The notes under the pieces: model-generated
Database searches by the model: none
What the model was told of the DNA's origin: nothing
What the model saw: only the letters and a program-made list of their open reading frames with translations
Translations under genes and position numbers: made by a program
NCBI GenBank assembly: GCA_024275315.1
Contig: JAJRZK010000027.1
Location: 68,714-132,713, forward strand
Source of the DNA: Nitrospirota bacterium
Lineage (GTDB): Bacteria; Nitrospinota_A; UBA7883
DNA length: 64,000 bases
Reading direction: 5' to 3'
In this document: positions 8,018 to 17,853 of the stretch, piece by piece
Position numbering within the stretch: the first letter of the stretch is position 1
How the letters are laid out: each line of letters begins with the position of its first letter

Positions 8018-9463
8018 ATGAAAAGCCCGTATGCCCTGTCGACCTCTCTTGTTGCGGCGCTACTGGTCATCATGGATCCCGCTGCCGGCCTGGCGCAAAT
8101 CACCCCCCCTGACGCAGGAAAACAATATTGGTTGCAAGGCTCTACAAAACTCGCCGACGACGATCCAAGATCGGTGCGCGCCCACCAGATTTTCGACAGG
8201 ACGCTGGCCGCCGCCGACAAGCGCCCGGGGCCTTCTCCGGAGCTGATAATACTGGATGAAGAAGGATTCCCCTGGGCGAGGTCGTTGCCCGATGGATCGA
8301 TCATCGTCACCCGGGGCGCGCTCGACATATGTTTCAGGGCGAAGACCGTCTCCGATGGAGACGCCAGGCTGGCTTTCGTGATCGGGCACGAGCTGAGCCA
8401 CCAGGTAAATGGCGATTTCTGGCATTTCTTTTTCTACCAGGGGGTTCATCCCGATTCCGCGAAAGACGAACAAACCAGAAAAACGCTGGAGCAGGTGATA
8501 AAAATCGCAAAAAGGTCGGATTCCGTCTCCGCAAAGGAGTTGCAGGCGGACCAGTACGGCCTGCTTTACGCGTCCCAGGCCGGGTATGACGTGAAAAGAA
8601 TCGTCGATATCGACACCAATTTTTTCCGGGAATGGACCGCGGCTACCAGCCCCGACCTGCTCGAAGGAATCGTGATGCAGGTAAACCATCCGAAAATAGA
8701 AGAGCGCTCCGCGGTGGCGCTGTCGACCTTGCGAAGGGTGGTCGAAAAAATCGAGGTGTTCGAAAAGGGTGTCGAGGCGTATAAAAAAGCAAGCTACACC
8801 GCCGCCATGTATTACTTCAAGGATTTTCTTTCCGTATACCAAAGCAGGGAAGGCTTTAACAACCTGGGGCTTGTCCATTACCAGATGGCGGCGGAGGAAT
8901 ACGCCAAATGGAAATCCGAAACGCCAATGTTCCGGCTGTCGCTGATAATAGACCCGACAACCCGCGCGCGCAACGCCTACAGACGCAGAAGATCGCCGGG
9001 ATCTTCCCTCACACGCAGGATGCGGCCGGAAAACGCGCATGAATCGCAGTTCCTCAAACACGCCGCCGCCGCCGCCGGTTATTTCCGAGAGGCGTGGCAA
9101 AGAGACCATACCTACGCCATGGCGCACAACAACCTGGCCTGTGTGCATTTTCTGAAATCAGAATACGCCAGCGCCGTCGGCGAGCTCGACAAGGCCATCT
9201 CGATCGACCCCGGCGTCCCGGAGGCTTTCAACAATCGCGCCGTAGCCTACCTCAAAATGGGCGAGCAACTGCGGGTGAACCTGGACAAAAAAGTGGAATC
9301 AAACCTTCTGGCGGCGTTGAAACTAAGATCCGATTACGAATACGCGCTGTTTAACATGGCGTATTTTCTTATGCAAAAAGGCAGGAACCGGGAAAAACAG
9401 GCGTATAAGAACCGCCTGGCAAAGCTCCACCCCGGATCGGAGCTACTTGCGCTGATACACTAG
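8018..9463 (+). CDS. secreted M48-family zinc metallopeptidase with C-terminal TPR repeats
   Basis: Signal peptide, HEXXH (VIGHELSHQ), and TPR-like helical repeats in the C-terminal half. Apparently co-operonic with the sigma/anti-sigma pair. Confidence 0.8.
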   Translation: MKSPYALSTSLVAALLVIMDPAAGLAQITPPDAGKQYWLQGSTKLADDDPRSVRAHQIFDRTLAAADKRPGPSPELIILDEEGFPWARSLPDGSIIVTRGALDICFRAKTVSDGDARLAFVIGHELSHQVNGDFWHFFFYQGVHPDSAKDEQTRKTLEQVIKIAKRSDSVSAKELQADQYGLLYASQAGYDVKRIVDIDTNFFREWTAATSPDLLEGIVMQVNHPKIEERSAVALSTLRRVVEKIEVFEKGVEAYKKASYTAAMYYFKDFLSVYQSREGFNNLGLVHYQMAAEEYAKWKSETPMFRLSLIIDPTTRARNAYRRRRSPGSSLTRRMRPENAHESQFLKHAAAAAGYFREAWQRDHTYAMAHNNLACVHFLKSEYASAVGELDKAISIDPGVPEAFNNRAVAYLKMGEQLRVNLDKKVESNLLAALKLRSDYEYALFNMAYFLMQKGRNREKQAYKNRLAKLHPGSELLALIH

Positions 9464-9509
9464 GATATTCGAGATATCGTTGAAGCCGGCGTCAGGCCAG
9501 GCGCAACGT

Positions 9510-10526
9510 TCACTCCCCGTCGGCGGAATGCTGTATATCGCTAAGCGAGTATTGTTCCATCCACAGAAACACCAGGCCGGGGATTATCATCATCATGAAC
9601 ATGACAATATGGATCACCAGCGCCACGGAAAGCGCCAGCTCGCTATCAACACCGTAAAACATAAGCCCCGCGATGGTGGCGGCGTGGAACACACCGATAA
9701 AACCGGGGGCTGAAGGGATCATCACGCCTATCACCTGGCTTACGTTGACCAGGTAGCCGGAGCTGAACGGCAGATCGATGTCAAACGCCATGAAGATCAT
9801 GTAATTGTAAATCCCGGCTGTCCCCCATATGATCGCACTCCAGATAATAACCCGGCGCAGGCGATGACCATGATCGAGAGAATCCAGGCCTTTCCTCAGC
9901 GACTCCAGTATCTCCCTGGTTTTTTCCCCGCTTTTTCCCGGCATCAAGCCGGTCAATGTGTCGACAAGCCACACCATGACTCTGAACTGTTTGTGAAAAA
10001 GGTACATCCCCGCAAAAAACGCGATAAAGAACATCGAAGCCGAAACTCCCGCCACCCGCAAGGTTTTCCAGAACTCCAACTGTGATTCCGGCGGCTCTAT
10101 GAACGCGAAGATCAGCATGATCATCACCACGATAGACAACCCGTCGAAGGAGCGCTCTATCACCACAGTCCCGAACGCGGAGCTTTTTGGTATCGACTCT
10201 CTCCTGGCGATCACATACGCCCTCGCCAGCTCGCCTATCCTGGCAGGCAGAACCATGTTCGCCATGAACCCGATGCAAAGAGCGGTAAACGAGCTCCATC
10301 GCGAAATTTCCTTGATGGGCGCGATAAAATGCCTCCACCTGGCCCCGCGCATCCAGAGGAATGAAAAATTGAAAACCGCCGCCGCAACCACCCACCGGTA
10401 GTCGGCCATTTTCATCGACGCCCACACCTTGCCCATGTCCATTTTCATCACCGCCCACGCGATAAAGAAAAGACTGACGCCCCACCCTATCCAGATGATG
10501 ATGTTTTTTCCGGTCGATTTCATCAT
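9510..10526 (-). CDS. UPF0104/lysylphosphatidylglycerol-synthase-TM-domain (flippase-like) membrane protein
   Basis: 338 aa with ~8 TM helices. YbhN/MprF-TM-like pattern (ARIGELARAYV, SAFGTVVIER). Confidence 0.72.
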   Translation of the reverse strand: MMKSTGKNIIIWIGWGVSLFFIAWAVMKMDMGKVWASMKMADYRWVVAAAVFNFSFLWMRGARWRHFIAPIKEISRWSSFTALCIGFMANMVLPARIGELARAYVIARRESIPKSSAFGTVVIERSFDGLSIVVMIMLIFAFIEPPESQLEFWKTLRVAGVSASMFFIAFFAGMYLFHKQFRVMVWLVDTLTGLMPGKSGEKTREILESLRKGLDSLDHGHRLRRVIIWSAIIWGTAGIYNYMIFMAFDIDLPFSSGYLVNVSQVIGVMIPSAPGFIGVFHAATIAGLMFYGVDSELALSVALVIHIVMFMMMIIPGLVFLWMEQYSLSDIQHSADGE

Positions 10527-10527
10527 C

Positions 10528-11490
10528 TCAGCCCAGCCTCGGGTCTATCCCGCATCCGCCGGGACCCAGGTTGGCCAGGACATGCCTCGTCTTTTCTATA
10601 TCCGCCTCTATCTGGGCCTGCAACTCCCTGACCGAACCGAAGCTCTTCTCGTTGCGTAATCTTTCCACGAAAAACACCTCTATTTCCGAGCCGTATATGT
10701 CGTCCCCGTAATCGAGCAGGTGAACTTCCACAATAAAGTCATCCCGGTCGAACGTGGGATTATAGCCGATGTTAACCACGCCGTCCAACAGCTCGCCATC
10801 CCCGAGGCTCACTATCACGGCGTAAACCCCCACAGCCGGAATAACCTCGTAGGGCGTGTCCAGGTTAGCGGTGGGAAACCCGATGGCCCTTCCCCGCTTG
10901 TAGCCGGAGACGACTTTGCCTTCGATAGAGTAGCACCGGTCCAGCATCTTCCTGGCCTTGCCCAGGTCGCCGTCGTTGAGATATTGACGGATACGGGTGG
11001 AGGATACGCGCTCGTTATCGACTGTAACCGGGTCCACTATCTCCACGTTGAACCCCAGTTCTTTCCCCATTTTTTTCAAATACTCTATGCTACCCGCTTT
11101 CCCCTGTCCGAACGAATAGTCATGCCCCACCATCACGGTGTCCATGTTCAGCCCGGCCATGAGCTTCTTGGCGAAGTCCCTGGGATGCATCCTTGCAAAC
11201 GCCCGTGTAAAATCGGCCATTATGCAGATGTCAATACCATACGCCGCGATAAGCTCCATTTTCTTCTTGAAAGTGCAAAGCAGGCTCAGGTTTTGATCCG
11301 GAGCCAGGATTTTCAGCGGATGAGGATCGAAAGTGTATACGACAGAAGCGCCGCCTATCTTTTTCGCCAGCTCGATAACGCGTCGGAATATCAACTGGTG
11401 ACCGATATGAACTCCGTCGAAATTGCCAAGGGTGACCACCAGCCTGGCGGGCTTGTCATGGAAATTGCGAAGGCCGCGGATTATCTTCAC
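10528..11490 (-). CDS. ribF: bifunctional riboflavin kinase / FMN adenylyltransferase
   Basis: GNFDGVHIGHQ nucleotidyltransferase motif at the N-terminus and a riboflavin-kinase C-terminal domain (GFPTANL). 320 aa. Confidence 0.9.
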   Translation of the reverse strand: MKIIRGLRNFHDKPARLVVTLGNFDGVHIGHQLIFRRVIELAKKIGGASVVYTFDPHPLKILAPDQNLSLLCTFKKKMELIAAYGIDICIMADFTRAFARMHPRDFAKKLMAGLNMDTVMVGHDYSFGQGKAGSIEYLKKMGKELGFNVEIVDPVTVDNERVSSTRIRQYLNDGDLGKARKMLDRCYSIEGKVVSGYKRGRAIGFPTANLDTPYEVIPAVGVYAVIVSLGDGELLDGVVNIGYNPTFDRDDFIVEVHLLDYGDDIYGSEIEVFFVERLRNEKSFGSVRELQAQIEADIEKTRHVLANLGPGGCGIDPRLG

Positions 11491-11523
11491 GTTACTGCAA
11501 GCCTAATCCAGCGACGGATCCGT

Positions 11524-12603
11524 CTAGTCGCCAAAACTTATACCCACATTGCGCGAGGTGACAATATGGCTCCCGTCCGGACTGACTCGTTTCATCTGGT
11601 GCAACGCTTCTTCCAGGGGCACAGACACAATGTCCGGCGTGCGTAACGCGGCCATATGGTCAAACTTGCCCTCATGGGCGAAAACCACAGCCGCCGCGCC
11701 ATAACGGGTGGCGAGAATCCTGTCGAAAGCGGAGGGAGTGCCACCACGCTGGATATGACCGAGCACGGTTGTGCGCACCTCGATATGCGTCTGGCGTTCA
11801 AGCTCGGCGGCGACATATTCCCCCACACCACCCAGGCGGACAGTTTCAGACGATCCTTCGACGATGCGCTTGATGGTCCTTTCGCCGCTGATCGGATACG
11901 CCCCTTCTGCAACGACGATCACGGTAAAATGTTTGCCCCTGCCCTTTCGTTCGTATATTTTCCGGGCGATCTTCTCGATTTCGAAGGGAATTTCGGGGAT
12001 CAGGATAATGTGCGCCCCTCCCGCGATACCGGCGGCGGTGGCGATCCACCCCGCGTCGCTACCCATGACCTCGACCACCATGACGCGGTGATGCGATTCC
12101 GCTGTCGTATGTATCTTGTCCAGCGCCTCCATCACCGTGGTTACGGCGGTGTCGTATCCGAAAGTGATGTCCGTGGCGTAGAGGTCGTTGTCTATGGTTT
12201 TGGGAATGCCTATAACGTTCAGCCCCTTTTGGGAAAACTTGTGGGCGATGTCCAGCGTCCCGTCTCCGCCTACCACGATAAGACAATCCAATCCGTTCTT
12301 TTTATAGTTCTCGACGGCGGTGTCAGACACGTCGCTCTGAACCATTTTCCCGCCTATATATTCGGCGAATTTAAAGGGGTTGTCCCTGTTGGAAGAACCA
12401 AGAATCGTTCCGCCCCGAGGCATGATGCCCGACACCCTGGCCAGGTCGAGAGGATGCGTCTTGTTCCGGATAAGCCCGGAAAACCCGTCCCGTATGCCTA
12501 TAACCTCATCGTGATACTTGTGTTCGGCGGTTTTTACCACCGCCCTGATGACGGCGTTAAGACCGGGACAATCTCCACCTCCTGTCAATACCCCTATTCG
12601 CAT
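11524..12603 (-). CDS. pfkA: 6-phosphofructokinase
   Basis: MRIGVLTGGGDCPGLNAVIR, GGDGT and MGR motifs of PFK. 359 aa. Confidence 0.9.
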   Translation of the reverse strand: MRIGVLTGGGDCPGLNAVIRAVVKTAEHKYHDEVIGIRDGFSGLIRNKTHPLDLARVSGIMPRGGTILGSSNRDNPFKFAEYIGGKMVQSDVSDTAVENYKKNGLDCLIVVGGDGTLDIAHKFSQKGLNVIGIPKTIDNDLYATDITFGYDTAVTTVMEALDKIHTTAESHHRVMVVEVMGSDAGWIATAAGIAGGAHIILIPEIPFEIEKIARKIYERKGRGKHFTVIVVAEGAYPISGERTIKRIVEGSSETVRLGGVGEYVAAELERQTHIEVRTTVLGHIQRGGTPSAFDRILATRYGAAAVVFAHEGKFDHMAALRTPDIVSVPLEEALHQMKRVSPDGSHIVTSRNVGISFGD

Positions 12604-12795
12604 TTTCGATTCCTCAATATTAAGTATTCACCGCCCAGTAATTATAACAGGTTGCTGTAACATATCGTGTTGAAAACATATAGTATTGAAAACCTGGAGC
12701 AGATGGAAACAGATGGCGGCTATTTACATCCGGCCCCGACATTGTTACCATCAGTAACAGACAGTCATTACAGGTACTATCATAGTTGGTGATCC

Positions 12796-13659
12796 ATGCG
12801 TAATCATTTGTTCTTTTTGTCCACAGACCCGCACGCCAGCCCTTTTGACGTCAACATAGCCCTCGATTCCGGGTTTGACGTTGTTATTCCCTATCCCATG
12901 GTCACACCCGAAAACACCGAATCGCTCACTCACGACATTATTTTTTCCCGCGGCCCGAAAGGGACCTCGCGCTCCGGTATTTTCATAGGAGGGTCTGATG
13001 TCGCGTTGACGGAAAAAATAGCCGGAACAGTCCGCAAATCCATGTTCGCCCCATTTACGGTATCGACATTTTCGGATCCGAAAGGGGCGTACACCACCGC
13101 CGCCGCGCTCACCGCGAAAACCGGCAAAGCGGCTGGGGGATTGAAAGACAAGCGAGCCATGATACTCGGCGGAACTGGTCCGGTGGGGAGCCTAACCGCC
13201 GTCCTGTGCGCCCGCGAAGGAGCCATAGTGACCATAGTGACCTCCAGAGACCAGGTGGCTGGCGACCGGGTGGCGGCGGAGCTTGAGAAAAATTACTCGG
13301 TGAAAATCGGAGCGGCGTCCGCCAGTACTGAGGATGAAAGGCTCGCCCTGATGAAGAAATCGGACATCGCCATCGCGGCGGTAAAGGCGGGTGTAAAACT
13401 AATGAGCAAAGAAGCTCTTGAAAAAATCGAATCACCCCTGCTTATCGCCGACGTGAACGCGACTCCTCCATACGGGTTCGAAGGGTTGGAACCGAACGAC
13501 GACGAGAAACAGATATCCGGCCACGTGCGCGGCATCGGAGCCCTTGCGACCGGAGCCATCAAGCACAAGGTGGAAACGGGTATTTTCAAATCAATGCTCC
13601 AACAAAAAATCACAGCCGGGCTGGACACAGCGTATGAACTCGCCAAAACCCTGGTCTGA
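12796..13659 (+). CDS. mtdA: NAD(P)-dependent methylene-tetrahydromethanopterin/tetrahydrofolate dehydrogenase (MtdA family)
   Basis: 287 aa. FDVN...GFDVV N-terminal Mpt_N-like motif, TTAAA...KTGKAAGG and GTGPVGSLTAVLCAREGA Rossmann segment, matching the MtdA layout. Confidence 0.7.
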   Translation: MRNHLFFLSTDPHASPFDVNIALDSGFDVVIPYPMVTPENTESLTHDIIFSRGPKGTSRSGIFIGGSDVALTEKIAGTVRKSMFAPFTVSTFSDPKGAYTTAAALTAKTGKAAGGLKDKRAMILGGTGPVGSLTAVLCAREGAIVTIVTSRDQVAGDRVAAELEKNYSVKIGAASASTEDERLALMKKSDIAIAAVKAGVKLMSKEALEKIESPLLIADVNATPPYGFEGLEPNDDEKQISGHVRGIGALATGAIKHKVETGIFKSMLQQKITAGLDTAYELAKTLV

Positions 13660-14374
13660 CCCCACCCCCGTCGACACGGAACTGCTATCGGAACTGAAGC
13701 GCGGTGTGGTCGAATATGACGAGGCGGTTGTAAGATCTGTCTGCCAGACGATAATAGACCGGCGGATGGACGCCTACATGGCTATATTCGAGGGGCTCGT
13801 CCCCGGCATGGAGCAGGTTGGGCGCTTGTATGACGAGCAGGAATATTTTGTGCCGGAGCTGTTGATGTGCGCGGACACTCTATACGCGGGACTGGGCCTG
13901 TTGCAACCCCACGTAATCAGCGGCGGCGGAACTGGAGGAAGCAAAGGGAACGTAATACTGGGAGCCATAGAAGGAGACATTCACGACATAGGAAAAAACC
14001 TGGTGAAAATGGTTTTCAAGATAGCCGGGTTCGATGTGGAAGACCTTGGGAGCGACGTGCCCATCTCCAGGTTTGTAAAAAAAGCCGCCGCCCTGGACAG
14101 GCCCCTGGTCTGCGTTTCGATGATGATGTCGACCTGTTTTTCCCGCGCGAAAGAACTCGTCGAGAGGATAAGGGAAGCCGCGCCGGAAGCCAGGGTGATG
14201 ATCGGCGGATCGATTGTGACAGAGCAAACCGTTGAACAGCTGGGATGCGATGGCACCGCCGACGACGCGCACCACGCGTTGCGCGAAGCGCTTGCGATAA
14301 TGACCTCCGTCGGCAAGCTAGACAAGCTTGGGGAGCCGGACAATGAGCGTGGCAGGCCCGCCCTCGCGGGATAA
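13634..14374 (+). CDS. cobalamin-binding corrinoid protein (B12-binding_2 cap + B12-binding Rossmann domain)
   Basis: DxHxxG motif (GDIHDIGKN), SxL (VSMMMS), GG (MIGGS), and an FVPELLMCAD cap-helix motif. The internal ATG at 13634 overlaps the mtdA end, while the track ORF starts at 13544. Confidence 0.75.
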   Translation: MNSPKPWSDPTPVDTELLSELKRGVVEYDEAVVRSVCQTIIDRRMDAYMAIFEGLVPGMEQVGRLYDEQEYFVPELLMCADTLYAGLGLLQPHVISGGGTGGSKGNVILGAIEGDIHDIGKNLVKMVFKIAGFDVEDLGSDVPISRFVKKAAALDRPLVCVSMMMSTCFSRAKELVERIREAAPEARVMIGGSIVTEQTVEQLGCDGTADDAHHALREALAIMTSVGKLDKLGEPDNERGRPALAG

Positions 14375-15722
14375 GCTGGTGAAAACGCTTGGCGAATTCA
14401 TCGGGACCGGCGAAGCGTCAAAGGAGATAGACCGCGTATACTCCACCCTTGGGATTGACGCCCGATCGCCATTGTCATCGGAGGATTTTGAAAAGATCAG
14501 GGAGGCTCTGGAAAAATCGCTGGGCCGCGAAGTGGGTGGGGCCATGGCCCGGGTCATGACAACCGGCAGGCTGGAGATAAAGCCCGAAGATGTCGGCCGG
14601 TTTTACGAGTCGTTTCACAGGATGCGAAACCAGCTCCTCAACCGCCAGCGCCGCGCCGACAACCTTAACGAGGAGTTGGCCAGGCTCAAGGAGTTGTATG
14701 AAAACGTGAGCTTGTCCATCCCCATAGGCCTATGCTCGGTGGACATGAATTTCGTGATAACCACCTGGAACAGGGAGATGGAAGCGCTGACAGGAAGAAT
14801 GGCCTCGGACACCGTCGGCGCCAAGGTGCCTGATATCCTTCGCGAATACGAACCGATGATGGTAAAAGCCATCCAGCTACGTGAAGTTGTGCGAGAGAAC
14901 AGGTTTCCCGCTGCCGGCCGTGACGGACGCAAAAGAATCGAAAACCTGACGTTGAGCCCGCTGGTGGACAGGTACGATGTTCTGCGTGGTCTGGTGATCC
15001 TTGTCCAGGATATAACCGACCATGTGGAAATGGAGCGAAACATCCTCCAGGCGGAAAAGCTGGCGTCCGTGGGCAGGCTGGCGGCGGGCGTGGCGCACGA
15101 GGTGGGTAACCCGCTCACATCCATATACGCCCTTGTACAGGAGCTGATGGGAGAAGACGGGGAAAACAAAAAGTTCAGAAACGAATCCCTCACGCTGGTA
15201 GCCCAGCATATAGGAAGGATCAACAACATAGTAAACTCCCTGGTGGAGTATTCCAGGCAAAAATCCGTGAAGTTCACACCCTCGTCCGTAAAGGAGATTG
15301 TCGACAAGGCGACACCCCTGCTCAAACTCGACAACAGGGGCCAGCTCATAGACATCGAGATAGACATACAAGAGGACCTGCCCCCCGTGTTGTGTGACCC
15401 GGACCAGATTCAGCAGGTGCTCATAAACCTGCTTTTAAACGCCGCAGACGCGATCAATGGCAAGGGAACCGTCATTGTCAAAGCCGAAAAATCATCCCCG
15501 TCGAGCGTTGCGATTTCCGTGAAAGATCATGGGCAGGGCATGACAGGGGATGTGGCCAAACACGCGATCGCGCCTTTTTTCACCACCAAACCCGTTGGAA
15601 AAGGCGCCGGGCTGGGGCTCTACGTCTGCTACAACATCCTGGAAAACCACAACTCCAGCCTGAAGATACAAAGCGCCCCGGGCAAAGGCGCCAGGATCGA
15701 ATTTGAACTGGAGACCGCCTGA
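14328..15722 (+). CDS. PAS-domain sensor histidine kinase (NtrB/AtoS-like)
   Basis: PAS segment, H-box (AAGVAHEVGNPLTSI), N/G1/G2 boxes (NLLLNAADA, DHGQGM, GKGAGLGL). The start may be the ATG at 14343. Confidence 0.8.
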   Translation: MGSRTMSVAGPPSRDKLVKTLGEFIGTGEASKEIDRVYSTLGIDARSPLSSEDFEKIREALEKSLGREVGGAMARVMTTGRLEIKPEDVGRFYESFHRMRNQLLNRQRRADNLNEELARLKELYENVSLSIPIGLCSVDMNFVITTWNREMEALTGRMASDTVGAKVPDILREYEPMMVKAIQLREVVRENRFPAAGRDGRKRIENLTLSPLVDRYDVLRGLVILVQDITDHVEMERNILQAEKLASVGRLAAGVAHEVGNPLTSIYALVQELMGEDGENKKFRNESLTLVAQHIGRINNIVNSLVEYSRQKSVKFTPSSVKEIVDKATPLLKLDNRGQLIDIEIDIQEDLPPVLCDPDQIQQVLINLLLNAADAINGKGTVIVKAEKSSPSSVAISVKDHGQGMTGDVAKHAIAPFFTTKPVGKGAGLGLYVCYNILENHNSSLKIQSAPGKGARIEFELETA

Positions 15723-16759
15723 TGTACGCACCCCGAATACTCATAGCGGACGATGAAGAGACCATCTGCGCCGTGTTGCAAAGAGTGCTGGAAAAAGATG
15801 GCTATCGTGTGGACATTTGCCACGATGGCGACACGGCCATAAAGATGGCCTCCCAGACCGTGTACGACCTCGTGCTGACCGACCTGAAAATGCCCGGAAG
15901 CGACGGGCTGGAAGTTCTGAGAAAAGTGGCGGGGGGAACCACCGGAGCCGCCGTAATGCTCATGACGAATTATTCCACCGTGGAGACCGCCGTGGAAGCC
16001 ATGCGCCAGGGAGCGCGGGATTACATCATAAAACCGTTCGTTCACGACGATATCAGGATATCCGTCGCCAACACCCTGCGCGACACGCGGCTGGCGCGGG
16101 AAAACAAGCTTTTAAAAGAGGAGCTCAACAGGTCGATCAACCTGGAGGAGTTTATCGGGTCGTGCCCGAAAATAATGGACGTGTTCAAGTTGGTGAACAA
16201 AGTGGCTCCCACAGATTCGAGCGTCCTGGTCATCGGGGAGAGCGGCGTCGGCAAGGAACTGATTGCAAGAGCCATACACCGCCATTCCCAAAGAGCAAAC
16301 GAGCCTTTCGTTCCGGTAAACTGTGGAGCCCTGCCTGCAGAGCTTATGGAGTCGGAACTGTTCGGCCACGTAAAGGGAGCCTTCAGCGGCGCGGTGTCCA
16401 GCAAGCCGGGCCTGTTCCAGGAGGCCCGGGGAGGAGCCATTTTCTTCGATGAAATCGGAGAGCTTCCACCGGCGTTGCAGGTGAAGTTGTTACGAGTGTT
16501 ACAGGACCAGGTGATCCGGCCAGTCGGGTCCAGCAAATCCTTCAAGTGCGACGTAAGGATCATCACCGCCACGAACAAAAAGCTCGATATCGAAGTCGAA
16601 AACAAGACATTCCGCGAAGACCTGTATTACAGGATCAACGTGCTTACGATAGAGTTGCCCCCTTTAAGAGAGCGCGGCCAGGACATAGAGGAGCTGGCCG
16701 TACATTTCCTGAAAAAGCACGCTTCCAGGCTGAACCGGAACGTGGAAAGCATCCAGTAG
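15722..16759 (+). CDS. sigma-54-dependent response regulator (REC + AAA+), N-terminal 345 aa ending at an in-frame TAG
   Basis: REC (ILIADDEE...LVLTDLKMPG), Walker A GESGVGKE, GAFSGA, ESELFGH, Walker B. The TAG at 16757-16759 is in frame with the downstream HTH ORF. Confidence 0.8.
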   Translation: MYAPRILIADDEETICAVLQRVLEKDGYRVDICHDGDTAIKMASQTVYDLVLTDLKMPGSDGLEVLRKVAGGTTGAAVMLMTNYSTVETAVEAMRQGARDYIIKPFVHDDIRISVANTLRDTRLARENKLLKEELNRSINLEEFIGSCPKIMDVFKLVNKVAPTDSSVLVIGESGVGKELIARAIHRHSQRANEPFVPVNCGALPAELMESELFGHVKGAFSGAVSSKPGLFQEARGGAIFFDEIGELPPALQVKLLRVLQDQVIRPVGSSKSFKCDVRIITATNKKLDIEVENKTFREDLYYRINVLTIELPPLRERGQDIEELAVHFLKKHASRLNRNVESIQ

Positions 16760-16765
16760 GAAACG

Positions 16766-17095
16766 ATGAGGTTGATAAAATCATATCACTGGCCCGGAAA
16801 CGTTCGGGAGCTGGAAAACGTCATGGAGCGAGCGTTGATACTGGAGGAGTCAACCAGCGTTACGCCCGCGTCTCTGCCGGACAAGATCATCCGTCCAAGT
16901 GACGACACACAGGCCGAATCGATAGAGCACAGGCTCTCTATCGACGAGTATATTAAAAGCTTCATAAAAAGGTACGAAAACGTCTACCGCGAAAAGGAAA
17001 TCGCCAACATGCTCGGTATCAGCCGCAAATCGCTGTGGGAAAGGCGTAAAAAATGGGGAATGGAAAGAACTAACGCAAAGCGGGAGAACGTGTGA
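16766..17095 (+). CDS. C-terminal part ([10 protein letters not shown] + Fis-type HTH) of the same sigma-54 regulator, downstream of the in-frame stop
   Basis: [23 protein letters not shown] and [20 protein letters not shown], in the same reading frame as 15722..16759 (codons read IQ-TAG-ETMRLIK). Confidence 0.65.
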   Translation: MRLIKSYHWPGNVRELENVMERALILEESTSVTPASLPDKIIRPSDDTQAESIEHRLSIDEYIKSFIKRYENVYREKEIANMLGISRKSLWERRKKWGMERTNAKRENV

Positions 17096-17838
17096 GGGCA
17101 AACAACACCAAGGTCGCCCTGGTGACAGGCGCCGCGCGCCGCCTGGGGGCGTGTGTCGTCCGGACCCTGGCGGAGCATGGGTACAAGGTGGCCATACATC
17201 ACCGCAACGCAAAGCAGGAGGCGGACGAGCTGGCGCAGGTTGTCAATGTAAAACAGGGAGAAAACATGGCGGCCGTTTTCATGGCCGACCTGTCGGAAAG
17301 AACCGCCTGCCAGAAGCTGGTGCGATCGGTCGTAAACACATTCGGAAGGCTCGACCTGCTGGTCAACAACGCCTCGTTTTTCGCAAAAACGCCATTGGAC
17401 ACCATCACCGCCGAGGATATCGAAAAGAGCCATTCCATCCACGTGATGGCTCCTGCGATGATGTCTCTGGCGGCGATTGAAAGCTTGAGAAACAGCGAGC
17501 CCGGACACATAATAAACATGCTGGATATATACGCCGATTATCCGAGGAAGGATTTTATGGCGTACACGATTGCCAAGGCGGGACTGAAATCATTAACAAA
17601 ACAACTGGCGCTGGAGCTGGCTCCGGATATACTTGTAAACGCCGTCGCGCCAGGGGCGATACTTAAGCCTGCGCAAACGGAGGACGCGAGCGGTTTCAAC
17701 AAAGCCCTGGACCGGATTCCGCTCAAACGATTCGGAACGGCCGGTGATATCAGCGCGGCTGTAATGTTTCTTTCGCAGGCGGAATATATAACGGGCCACA
17801 CCATCGTGGTGGACGGCGGCCGGTCACTATACATTTAA
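17092..17838 (+). CDS. SDR-family oxidoreductase, pteridine-reductase (PTR1/FolM)-like
   Basis: GTG start overlapping the upstream stop (GTGA). [16 protein letters not shown] and YxxxK motifs. 248 aa. Confidence 0.78.
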   Translation: MRANNTKVALVTGAARRLGACVVRTLAEHGYKVAIHHRNAKQEADELAQVVNVKQGENMAAVFMADLSERTACQKLVRSVVNTFGRLDLLVNNASFFAKTPLDTITAEDIEKSHSIHVMAPAMMSLAAIESLRNSEPGHIINMLDIYADYPRKDFMAYTIAKAGLKSLTKQLALELAPDILVNAVAPGAILKPAQTEDASGFNKALDRIPLKRFGTAGDISAAVMFLSQAEYITGHTIVVDGGRSLYI

Positions 17839-17853
17839 CAGCAGGACGGAACT

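Noticed and set aside
8060-9148. 362-aa ORF on the - strand
   Set aside because: Antisense to the M48/TPR protease gene. Arg/Gly/Pro-rich low-complexity translation typical of a wrong frame in high-GC DNA.
9781-10485. 234-aa ORF (-) and 9864..10085 / 10099..10401 (+) ORFs
   Set aside because: All overlap the UPF0104 membrane-protein gene in alternative frames or strands and have no domain signatures.
10720-12660. 308-aa and 334-aa + strand ORFs (10720..11646, 11656..12660)
   Set aside because: Antisense shadows of ribF and pfkA, with His/Arg/Pro-rich nonsense composition.
12604-12795. Direct repeats TTGAAAAC x2 in the pfkA/mtdA divergent intergenic region as a regulator binding site
   Set aside because: Only two short 8-mers in AT-rich promoter DNA. 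They could easily arise by chance, and no partner palindrome was found.
16757-16759. Pyrrolysine or other programmed readthrough of the in-frame TAG in the sigma-54 regulator
   Set aside because: No pylTSBCD-like genes are in the window. TAG terminates well-defined genes here (dnaJ, lipoprotein), and a corrinoid protein alone is not evidence for Pyl. A mutation or sequencing error is the more economical reading.
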